Shown: in pieces, positions 25,001 through 34,800 of the stretch
Layout: each line of letters begins with the position of its first letter
How positions within the stretch are numbered: the first letter of the stretch is position 1
Origin: Carpediemonas membranifera BICM
Lineage: Eukaryota > Protista > Fornicata
NCBI GenBank assembly: GCA_019828565.1
Contig: JAHDYR010000037.1
Coordinates: 1 to 64,000, forward strand
Reading direction: 5' to 3'
DNA: 64,000 bases
Position numbers and translations under genes: made by a program
The notes under the pieces: model-generated
Seen by the model: only the letters and a program-made list of their open reading frames with translations
Database searches by the model: none
Told to the model about the DNA's origin: nothing

Positions 25001-27015
25001 AGATCTGCATCGGCGCCAAGGTCATGCTGACTGTGAATGACTATTACGATAAGGGCGTCGCCAACGGCTCGATCGGGGCTGTTGTGGGACTCAACAACCG
25101 TTCGGTCGACGTGAAATTCGAGCTGCCTTACAGCAACCCAGACCACCGGTTCGTACGCATCCGAGAGCAGACAGTCCCCGTCGGACCAACTGTACACCGC
25201 TACTTACCTCTCACTCTCGCATATGCCATCACTGTCCACAAGACCCAGGGTCGAACGATCCCCAACATCATCGTTGACCTGACTGACGACCGTCATCCAC
25301 ACGAGACACCGTTCTGGGAAACTGGTCAGCTGTACACGGCAGTATCACGCGCTCCATCGCTCGATGACGTCAGATTCTATGGACTCCTCATGATGTCCAA
25401 AGAGCTCCAAGGCGGCGAAGAAGGCGCGACATACAGAGTCTTCGACCTGTTCATTCATAAGCTGAGATCGCCCACATTCAAGCTTCCAAGAATGTTCGAC
25501 GGCAAGCAGAGCTTTTCGCACAAAGGCTCCCACAACAAGCAGGTCACGCTGCATCAGTTCCAGTCATCGTACCCAGTTCCGTCTGATCAGCACGACACCA
25601 TTGCCATATCAGGATATGCAGGCGACTACAAGCCCCCAGAATCGGTGATGAACGATCCAAAACTTGAGCCATTAGACCCACCGACCATCGATGACTTCAT
25701 CCCACTCAGCGTCATTACCGAAGGCTCGGAGGTCACAGCCAATTTCGTCATCATTGACGGCATCAAGGCCGCACGAGTTCACCACGGACGCACAGCCAAG
25801 GGCGACGACACCACATCCAAGCTTAAGTTCTGGACAGCCAACACAAAGGACTGTTACCGGGTCGTCACGTCCACTCACGTTAGCCACAAGATCACAGCAC
25901 CCGCCATGAGAGAGCGTGTCATTAACCTCGACATGATACCCGATCGCGTCCATCCACGGACACTGAGACGCAAAGCACCCCCGCCACCTCCAAGCCCTCG
26001 CAAGAGGAACAAGACGAAGCCACGCAAAGTCAGAGCCAAACCTCGCCCGGTGGCTAAGCTGCCAAAGCGGAAGCCGAAACCATCCACCGCAAAGGTTCAC
26101 ACAATCCTCGACGAAAAGACGTCCTCATGCACGACTCCCGCCCGCCAACGTCAACCGCCCAATACTCACGTCTTTGCTCACTACAACATGCGGGCCACCG
26201 ACAATCCAGGCGGAGGGAGTTGCGCGATATACACTGCTCGCAATCTTGATGACAGGTGGGCAGATCTCGACATACAAGACATTCGCGATGAGGCCATCAA
26301 TTTCATCGAGGAGCGGAGCGCTAATATTTTCTCCGCTGGCTGGGCGTTCGAAAGAAGTATAGCTGAGACAATCCGGACTGGCAGAGACAGCCGGACATGG
26401 CTCAACTGCAGCCTTGTCTGGCGAGTGCTCATGAAGGCGTCAGGAATCAACTCGGGCAGTGTACTCGAATACCGCGCCAACGAGTACGATGGTCTCAGTG
26501 TCATAAGACACTCATTCGACAATGACGGCCCGATCAGATCTCAGTTCGTACACACAGTCACCCACGTATACGAACGCGGGATATACTTCATTGACGGAGA
26601 CTGCGCTCACTACATGATGGCTGACCCGATCAACCCTGAACACCCCACCCTACTGCGCCGCAACAACCTCCCCGAGCATATCGATCTCACCGGCGATGCC
26701 GAGCCAGCCGCCGAGCCTCAACATGGATCACAGATCGCCAACATAACAGCTGCATCCATAGTCACAGGAAGAACGATCTCAGCCAGACGCAACGCTGCCA
26801 GAGAGGCGCGAGCGAATCTCGAGACAGTCATCGAAATTGAGTCGCAACCCACAGCGCTACCCCACGAGTTAAGTTACGCACCTCCCAGGCATACACACCG
26901 GATCACTTCAATCGCAAGACCCAAAAGATTGGAACCCGCACCATCTGTCGACAAGCAAGGGAATCCCGTCCGAAGATCATCAAGGCTGAAGGAGAAGGCC
27001 GAGAGAATGACATAA
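22087..27015 (+). CDS. Helitron2/Helentron-like Rep-helicase (HUH Y2 Rep + PIF1 SF1B helicase + OTU-like protease), probably N-terminally truncated (family C)
   Basis: Rep motifs FFWTFT, EEQENSMLHVHTVTW (HUH), HTCNEHC…CKQGFP and YIVKYMTK. Helicase motifs GRAGSGKS, TGAAAVNIGGTTIHS, IIDEAFML, GDPYQLPPV, HRQ, TVHKTQG and GQLYTAVSR. OTU-like DNPGGGSCAIY…HY. Confidence 0.92.
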   Translation: MTAIVNADVVIPRANRTSYVQYDSPIAALATFPLVFCDERGFSPEYSAKFKTLKNWVKHVLHASQCRFVRANPTTPMFLSMIHTGLERIQARGYSVTLNNAQEAAGDDGVLSANADGSAHLIAPPTMPLSYAFMNNMREHLTALLARFGSPHFFWTFTIDPSYVMDYLEELIADEEYPLDPPLVIDGRRYTPRDAPVDSARTCIEYFYTIFQKLVEALAGTEYPICEYATRVEEQENSMLHVHTVTWHKGIGQHTPEGNRLDANLVSAINSIISTDSSILSGRATVFQTHTCNEHCRNNHHTCKQGFPAKAATESFISGDGQFVPKRSEVDSYTNTFCPMVAAHLHGSMHVSPVVSTEMIMYIVKYMTKQPTEVIEQISHEVASVEQHHLIYQQRRRVIGPLMLATLLDGVSIFSTSRAFIKIDTNVLPQNRVFGPRNNCIKNKVGGWLKYCKRPEALEHITYLIYLTHYDTRSVKLPAFEKLPDHERISHTGEDGTEYFWRIHKRKVPYAAFIPMTTPHDGDSHYFNLLTLSFPWRSDAEMTHGFHRHGGLALTGVERCSYAEKCFELGLIDSEEADDDQIFDVAWHIRFGSLSKEGCFAVVRASLEKNGTTPTLQMVSTVRNPTLREDLIKHVLKNTDRAYIINHDVVSRWKQPVDMDTSIVLDETQEKVFKHYRENLIAKKQTILLLCGRAGSGKSVLVRHIAKFTAARGNLVLVTASTGAAAVNIGGTTIHSLFRWAAENRFAAPVKDTVPWILLNNATTLIIDEAFMLSAPDIHDLNEALCVARNNTLSFGGINMIIVGDPYQLPPVNKLKFPDYQSAAFYQWGAHSTSKITLSANHRQSTDKTFASILNSLKTNKLREKQKAALASRATTDCLQSLIQEALLGATIICGTRKRQAHLNSLCIEALTSYTKRPIRTYANAVLFPLAKHEDMIDELPAKPRAFMYDATAELAVTEHVRDFETRLVDLKICIGAKVMLTVNDYYDKGVANGSIGAVVGLNNRSVDVKFELPYSNPDHRFVRIREQTVPVGPTVHRYLPLTLAYAITVHKTQGRTIPNIIVDLTDDRHPHETPFWETGQLYTAVSRAPSLDDVRFYGLLMMSKELQGGEEGATYRVFDLFIHKLRSPTFKLPRMFDGKQSFSHKGSHNKQVTLHQFQSSYPVPSDQHDTIAISGYAGDYKPPESVMNDPKLEPLDPPTIDDFIPLSVITEGSEVTANFVIIDGIKAARVHHGRTAKGDDTTSKLKFWTANTKDCYRVVTSTHVSHKITAPAMRERVINLDMIPDRVHPRTLRRKAPPPPPSPRKRNKTKPRKVRAKPRPVAKLPKRKPKPSTAKVHTILDEKTSSCTTPARQRQPPNTHVFAHYNMRATDNPGGGSCAIYTARNLDDRWADLDIQDIRDEAINFIEERSANIFSAGWAFERSIAETIRTGRDSRTWLNCSLVWRVLMKASGINSGSVLEYRANEYDGLSVIRHSFDNDGPIRSQFVHTVTHVYERGIYFIDGDCAHYMMADPINPEHPTLLRRNNLPEHIDLTGDAEPAAEPQHGSQIANITAASIVTGRTISARRNAAREARANLETVIEIESQPTALPHELSYAPPRHTHRITSIARPKRLEPAPSVDKQGNPVRRSSRLKEKAERMT

Positions 27016-27049
27016 TAAATAGAGAAGAGTTGCCCATTGGTTGTCAGAC

Positions 27050-27192
27050 GGGGGGGCTCCGGTCGCTCCTCCGGCTTCGTTCGGCTTCGCTTCGCTCCGG
27101 GCGCTCGTCGCTACGCTCCTCCCGCCCTCCGCTACGCTACGCCTCTCTACGCCTCCGTCACTCCCTCTGCCCCCCTGCGACCCCCCGCGGAC
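27050..27192 (-). other. Conserved ~140-bp GC-rich cis module with clustered GCGNAGC mini-hairpins and G-runs on the minus strand; 10 copies
   Basis: Near-identical at ~539, 2276, 7447, 10479, 16898, 21142, 27050, 28442, 36706 and 39974, always shortly after the last ORF stop, in three families with otherwise unrelated 3' regions. Confidence 0.75.
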
Positions 27193-28008
27193 TCCGCTTC
27201 CGTCATCAAGAGTGTGTTCGGCCACATATTGGTTTTGACCTCACCTGCTGTACGCCGGACTCGAACCCAGTCCTCGTGAATCAAAATTCAGTTCTCGACA
27301 AAGGGGAATTTCCGATCGAAACGAAAGTCCATTCCCCAGAGATACAGGCCCGCAAACGCGATTCGCGATACTCATTTCACTTAAAGCCAAAAAAAAATCC
27401 ATTTTTCAATTACGCGCGAACTAAGCTCGAATAAGAACCGCCCGTCAAATGCAAGGTAGCTATGGCTATGGCACTTAGATAGCCAGAGTTTCAGCCCGAT
27501 CGGTCGAATTCGCACTTTTAGTGCAAGCCAAAAAGTGCCACTCAATTCCCCAGCCGTCCACCGATCGCCCACAACGACAGTGGTATCACACTCCCCAAAG
27601 ACTCTAGCATGCATGCTATATGCCCGCTTTCATCGGGCTACCTCCGGTATATGCGGACTCGAACCTCGGAACATGGTATGATTCCGTTTTGAATTTAAGC
27701 ACACCCAGGAATTTAGCGAAATATCTAAGTGGCGTGGGAGGTCCCAGGTAACCACTGATCAAGACCGGGCAGTGCTGGAGCTCTAGCTCAACTGGAAGAT
27801 ATAGCACTGGGGTCAAAGTTCTCGCGTACTGACCTTTTTTGGGCACCCCAGATCTCTAGATTCGGAAGATCGAATCTCGGGTCCGATGATGGCGATCATA
27901 CTGGCCCGGCCGGTAGGTAAGGGGCAGGTGTAGAGCGTAGTGTCAGAGTGCACACAGCGGTCAGGGACCAGCGTTGAAAAAAAGTCCACTTATATATATA
28001 CTGTTTAC

Positions 28009-31000
28009 GAAGCTCAGAAGTACTAGATAAACACCAACTGCGTCACTACAGCGAGTTTCGTCGTTGCAAAAATGCGGACTCAGAGTCATCATTTTGGCAG
28101 GCGCTTTAAGACACATCACCAAGAACTCGACTCACAAGCGCACGAGCGCACTACGAAGCTATACAGCGCAACACAAACGTCAACGGAGCCGCTCCCAGCA
28201 CGAGCGTCGATTTATCAATTGCCAAATGCCGGCTCGGATCCGGGATTTGGCAGGCACTTTTAGGTGAAGCAAGCTAAAGCTGCTTACAGCCATGTACAAA
28301 CTGTACTGTTCTAAAACCTACGAAGCCCCCCAAACCAACGCCACACAAGGAAACTGACTCGGAGCCCGTCGAACTGAGCATAAAACTCGAGCAATAGAAC
28401 GCAGCCAATCGCCGCACGTAATCGCGCCTCCTTATCATTTCGGGGGGGCTCCGGTCGCTCCTCCGGCTTCGTTCGGCTTCGCTTCGCTCCGGGCGCTCGT
28501 CGCTACGCTCCTCCCGCCCTCCGCTACGCTACACCTCTCTACGCCTCCGTCACTCTCTCTGCCCCCCTGCGACCCCCCGCGGACCTCCCAGCCACACACA
28601 ACCAGTCACTCACCTTCAAAGCAGCATAAATACTCACCGTCGTCTCATTTCGTCATCGCACTTTATGGCTTCCCAAGCAGAACTCACAATGCATCATCTG
28701 ACCAAGCATAGTATGACGCCATAACGCGTTCCAGCATCATAACGTAGCATTTCGTGATCATGACGTTCATTTCAGATGAAGTCGTCATTTTCAGAATTGC
28801 ACTATCGATTACTCGATGGCCATAACTCGGATCGAAAAACGAAATAGCAAACCTTCATCTACATCTAAAACTACGTCGTTCTATACCTACACATTCTTTC
28901 CATCATTCGTTTGAGAGGGTTTTTGGTGTCAAAAATCTTGTATTTAGCGAAAATTTAGTAGCTGCCTCGACCGCACCCTATGCCACTAAGAAGCGTGGCC
29001 AGTTGCTAAGAGAACGCATGGCCCAGTCCCGAGTTCTGCGCCCCCGACCATGAGCTTCCCGACACCCACACCCAACCCGTCGTTAATTAATTTTTGCCAT
29101 CTACCCCCGCCATCAAGCTCACATAGGTTGGTGCATGCGTGTATGAGCCGGCTTGCGCTAGTCTCCTCCACGTCGTCTGGTCGGGTATACCCCGGAGTAT
29201 GACTCTTACCGACTGTCATAAATAATGGAGATTTAAGAATTATAAAAAGTTAGCTCGGAATTAATATGTCGAAGGGTAGGGACATATCGTGGTGTATTTG
29301 CGTGGCTCTGCATACTCTCCTCGTCGCGTGAGTCGCCCAAGGAGGTCGGGCAGACCCCCCAAAACGGCTACTCAGAACTTTACGACGAATAGAGATAGCC
29401 CAGGTCTGACAAATGACTCCGGGGGGTAGTCGGGGGTAAGTAAGGAGAATCTGGAATTACATCTGATATCCACTAAATATTCGGCGAGATATGAAGGTCG
29501 AGTCGAAATGTTCACTTGCTGTATAGTTAATTACCATAACGCGTTCCAGTATCACAACGTAGCATTTCGTGATCATGACGTTCATTTCAGATGAAGTCGT
29601 CATTTTTCAGAATTGCACTATCGATTACTCGATGGCCATAACTCGGATCGAAAAACGAAATAGCAAACCTTCATCTACATCTAAAACTACGTCGTTCTAT
29701 ACCTACACATTCTTTCCATCATTCGTTTGAGAGGGTTTTTTTTGGTGTCAAAAAATCTTGTATTTAGCGAAAATTTAGTAGCTGCCTCGACCGCACCCTA
29801 TGCCACTAAGAAGCGTGGCCAGTTGCTAAGAGAACGCATGGCCCAGTCCCGAGTTCTGCGCCCCCGACCATGAGCTTCCCGACACCCACACCCAACCCGT
29901 CGTTAATTAATTTTCGCCATCAACCCCCGCCATCAAGCTCACATAGGTTGGTGCATGCGTGTATGAGCCGGCTTGCGCTAGTCTCCTCCACGTCGTCTGG
30001 TCGGGTATACCCCGGAGTATGACTCTTACCGACTGTCATAAATAATGGAGATTTAAGAATTATAAAAAGTTAGCTCGGAATTAATATGTCGAAGGGTAGG
30101 GACATATCGTGGTGTATTTGCGTGGCTCTGCATACTCTCCTCGTCGCGTGAGTCGCCCAAGGAGGTCGGGCAGACCCCCCAAAACGGCTACTCAGAACTT
30201 TACGACGAATAGAGATAGCCCAGGTCTGACAAATGACTCCGGGGGGTAGTCGGGGGTAAGTAAGGAGAATCTGGAATTACATCTGATATCCACTAAATAT
30301 TCGGCGAGATATGAAGGTCGAGTCGAAATGTTCACTTGCTGTATAGTTAATTACCATAACGCGTTCCAGTATCACAACGTAGCATTTCGTGATCATGACG
30401 TTCATTTCAGATGAAGTCGTCATTTTTCAGAATTGCACTATCGATTACTCGATGGCCATAACTCGGATCGAAAAACGAAATAGCAAACCTTCATCTACAT
30501 CTAAAACTACGTCGTTCTATACCTACACATTCTTTCCATCATTCGTTTGAGAGGGTTTTTTTTGGTGTCAAAAAATCTTGTATTTAGCGAAAATTTAGTA
30601 GCTGCCTCGACCGCACCCTATGCCACTAAGAAGCGTGGCCAGTTGCTAAGAGAACGCATGGCCCAGTCCCGAGTTCTGCGCCCCCGACCATGAGCTTCCC
30701 GACACCCACACCCAACCCGTCGTTAATTAATTTTTGCCATCTACCCCCGCCATCAAGCCCACATAGGTTGGTGCATGCGTGTATGAGCCGGCTTGCGCTA
30801 GTCTCCTCCACGTCGTCTGGTCGGGTATACCCCGGAGTATGACTCTTACCGACTGTCATAAATAACGGAGATTTAAGAATTATAAAAAGTTAGCTCGGAA
30901 TTGATATGTCGAAGGGTAGGGACATATCGTGGTGTATTTGCGTGGCTCTGCGTACTCTCCTCGTCGCGTGAGTCGCCCAAGGAGGTCGGGCAGACCCCCC

Positions 31001-31174
31001 AAAACGGCTACTCAGAACTTTACGACGAATAGAGATAGCCCAGGTCTGACAAATGACTCCGGGGGGTAGTCGGGGGTAAGTAAGGAGAATCTGGAATTAC
31101 ATCTGATATCCACTAAATATTCGGCGAGATATGAAGGTCGAGTCGAAATGTTCACTTGCTGTATAGTTAATTAC
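28009..31174 (+). mobile_element. Truncated family-D unit plus two extra 820-bp tandem copies of its terminus
   Basis: ~28321-29534 matches ~39853-40733 joined to 43516-43852; terminal ~820 bp repeated, with ends at 29534, 30354 and 31174. Confidence 0.85.
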
Positions 31175-31181
31175 CTTACCT

Positions 31182-31632
31182 CAGGGCGCTAGAGACGATG
31201 GCGACATCGATTTGGACGGACACTGCCTGTAGGGCATTCTGGAATATCGTGCAGGCTGCAAGATATTTTATCTCATCAGCTGATGACCCTCAGACTCCAC
31301 CCGTGCCAGGGTAAAGGTTTCATAGGGCGCTAGAGATGATGGCGACATCGGTTTGGACGGACACTGCCTGTAGGGCATTCTGGAATATCGTGCAGGCTGC
31401 AAGATATTTTATCTCATCAGCTGATGACCCTCAGACTCCACCCGTGTCCGGGTAAAGGTTTCATAGGGCGCTAGAGATGATGGCGACATCGGTTTGGACG
31501 GACACTGCCTGTAGGGCATTCTGGAATATCGTGCAGGCTGCAAGATATTTTATCTCATCAGCTGATGACCCTCAGACTCCACCCGTGCCAGGGTAAAGGT
31601 TTCTCAGGGTGCTAGAGACGATGGCGACATCG
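31182..31632. repeat. Tandem 141-bp repeat, ~3.2 copies, at the left end of a non-autonomous family-C derivative
   Basis: GGGCGCTAGAG at 31184, 31325, 31466 and (one mismatch) 31607. Confidence 0.9.
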
Positions 31633-31828
31633 CCATCCCACACCGATACTCCCTCGCCATTTTAGTTTTCGGTACAGATGTACCGATTTTTGGAATTGCC
31701 AGCAGGCACCGGCAGTGGCTACCAGTGGCGCCAAAGTACATTCTAGCACTGGACTGACACACTCCATGCACCACTCCCACAGCCGACGCTCCCTCGCCAT
31801 TTTAAGATCATCAAGGCTGAAGGAGAAG

Positions 31829-34800
31829 TGTCAGCGCGGCACTTCTATCAAATATTTATTTGATTGATGATCCGATCCGATCCCCGGGCAGGGTCCCGAA
31901 TCGTCTTTTTGTTTTGCTTGTAAAGCTTCACCCCCCGTTTCGTCTGCGAAACGAACAGTATTAATACTAGTTTGATGCAGAACGTTCCTGTGCCGGTTCC
32001 TAAACTAGCACTACAAGAATTGAGCCCAAAGACCTGGGCCAACTTCAAGAGAACGATGATCCAGTTCAAAATCTTCTACCCCGCAGCCACATACGCTGCC
32101 TTCCTAGACGCTGAACTCCAAGGTGCCCTAGAGGTCCAGCACAACGTTTCGCTGGCCTCCCAGTCCGACGACGACGTAATCCGCTGGGTTAACCAGCTCT
32201 TGGCGCCCCGAGACCCTCAAGACCTCCGCCTCCGTCTGGAGGCCGTGAAGTGCCAGGTGGATGCGAACCACGCCGTGTCGCGCGCCAACCTTATCCGAGC
32301 TTATGCTCGTGCGTTTACAGATGTCCTGGGCTCTGCGGAGTTCATGGCCACCCCGCCAGCTACCCCTGAGGCGGACGAATCCATCCTCGCCGGGAACACT
32401 GACGGCACCGAACCAGAGCCCCCGGCCGATACCACCGTTCCGGCCGCCAGCGAGATCACGTCGGCCTCTCGGGCTCATCAGCGCATCTTTGCGCAGGGCT
32501 TGAGGCCCGCCGCCTTCAGAGATGCCGTTGACTATGCCCAACGTGTAGAACGTCCGTCCTCTCTGCAGGACCTCATCCAGCTAACTCTCAAGATCGCGGA
32601 CGAAGATGCCGAGGCCCGCGAGAAGGCCCAGCGCTTCGGATACTACGCGGGTCGGGGCCATGCCCCCACTGGGCCGCAGCGTCAGGGCCCCATAACCCCC
32701 TATCGTCCCAAGCCGCTGACCGGACCCAACCCGGGCCGCCAGGATCAGCCGCGGAATAATCCCGACCAGAGACGCCAGACCTTCGCCCAGCCACGCGAAT
32801 CCCCTGGAAATTTCAGGGCTCCCGATTATCGCGCAGGCCGCAGAGCATGGAACCGAGAGAATGGATCCCTTCGCCCCGCCAGAGGCAACACCGCTCGCCA
32901 AAGTGCCCCTCGCGTGGTGAACACCCTCGATAATGGAGAACAGGTCGAAGATCATGAGGTTTTCCTCTTAGACGGTGATACCTCCGCGTCCACGGGACCT
33001 CTTACCGTGGAAGCTGCGATCGGTGACATTTCTATGCGCGCCATCATCGATACCGGTGCTTCCGTCACGTGTATCACCGAGCCTCTCGCGCACATGCTTC
33101 TTGAGGCCAAGAGCGCCAAACTCGTCGCCCGAGAGCCCATCACGGCCACCCCGGCCTTCGGCAGTACCCTATCTGTGGATGAATTCATCGAGACCTCCCT
33201 CACTGCCACCCTAGTCGGTAGCCCGGTCCACACCACGATCATCGCCGCCGTCATTCCCGGACAATCTCAGAAGGTTCTGATTGGGACCGACACGCTACGG
33301 AGCCTGGGAGTCCTGTGTAAGGACGAGCTATTCCTGAAGCTCAGCGCCCAGCCCGACAACCCCAAGGATGACGATATCCCGCTACCTGTGTTCTCCATCG
33401 CTCCAGCCACCGAGGACCCGCTATCGCTCATTCAGATCCCGAACGACGACCTCCGCCCGGAGATAGTTGAGCTCGTGAATCAATACGCCGAGCTCTTCAG
33501 CGATATTCCCCCAGAGGGCGCCAATGTGCCGCCGATGCACATCCCCATCGCGGAAGATGCCCCTCTAGTCCAGTCTGCACCGCGCCGTCTTGCCCCGCAG
33601 GCCAGAGACGCAGTCGATGCTGAATGCGAGCGCCTCCTTCAGGCCGGCATCATCGAGCCGAGCCAAGGCCCTTGGGCCAGCCCCATTGTTGTGGTCGGAA
33701 AGAAGGACGGACGCATGAGACTGTGCGTTGATTACACGCAGATCAACCGCCTGACGCCGCCAGACAACTTCCCGCTACCTAACATCCGGGAGTTCCTTCG
33801 CGCAGCCGCAGGCTGCACGGTGTTTGCCTCGCTAGACCTCAAGCAAGGCTATCACCAGGCCCCACTTCGAGAGGAAGACCGTCCGCTGTCAGCCTTTGTC
33901 ACACCCGACGGATACTTCCAGTACCGCCGGGTCCCCTTCGGCCTCACCCGTGCCCCGTCCTATTTCCAACGCATCATGCAAACAGTACTAGCACCCGTGC
34001 TCCACCGTGGCGTGGAAGTATACCTAGACGACGTCCTCATCTATGCTAGGTCTCCCAAGGAATTCATGACGATCCTTGGCTGCGTCTTCGAGCTCCTCCG
34101 GAAGGCCCGCCTCCGCCTCGGAGCCGCCAAATGCACGCTCGGTGCCTCAGAGATCACTTCTGTTGGGTTCATCATGGACAAACAGGGCATCAGAGTGACC
34201 GAAGACCGCATCAAGGCTCTCACGGAGCTCCGTAGCCCTTGCAACCTGAAGGAGCTGCGCATGGTGCTGGGTAAGTTCAACTATGTGGCCCGACACCTCC
34301 CCCAAGCTCAGAAACACCTCGCGACGCTGTCGGAGCTCTTGGCTGGCGTCCCCGCAAAGGCAGGCTCCAAGAACCGCAGCAAGACGGTCACCATCACCTG
34401 GGAGGCTCGCCACGAGCATGCCCTCACCTGCCTTAAAGAGCAGGTCCGCTCCCGGGTCACCCTGGCCTATCCCGACCTGTCGAAGGAGTGGCATCTGTTC
34501 ACCGACGCCTCAACGCAGGGAGTAGGCGGTGTACTTATCCAAGGCCGACCCGACGCGCCGGACGCTGAAGTAGTGGCATTCTTCGCCAAGAGCTTCACGA
34601 CCACACAGAAGGCATGGTCCACATATGAGCAGGAGTTATATGGAATCCTACACGCCCTCTCCTCATCCGAGTTGACGCCGCTCCTGAAGTGCCATCCCAA
34701 GCTCCACGTCCACACCGATCACCGAAACCTGGTATTTATCCGGAAGAAGTACCCTCAGAACGCGAAGATCGCTCGCTGGCGCATTACGATGAACGAATTC

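Noticed and set aside
31270-31322. Hammerhead ribozyme in the 141-bp repeat (CTGATGA on both strands)
   Set aside because: No GAAA follows a stem II on either strand (the plus strand gives TAAA). No hammerhead core was seen by eye in the conserved 3' regions either; an Infernal search would settle it.
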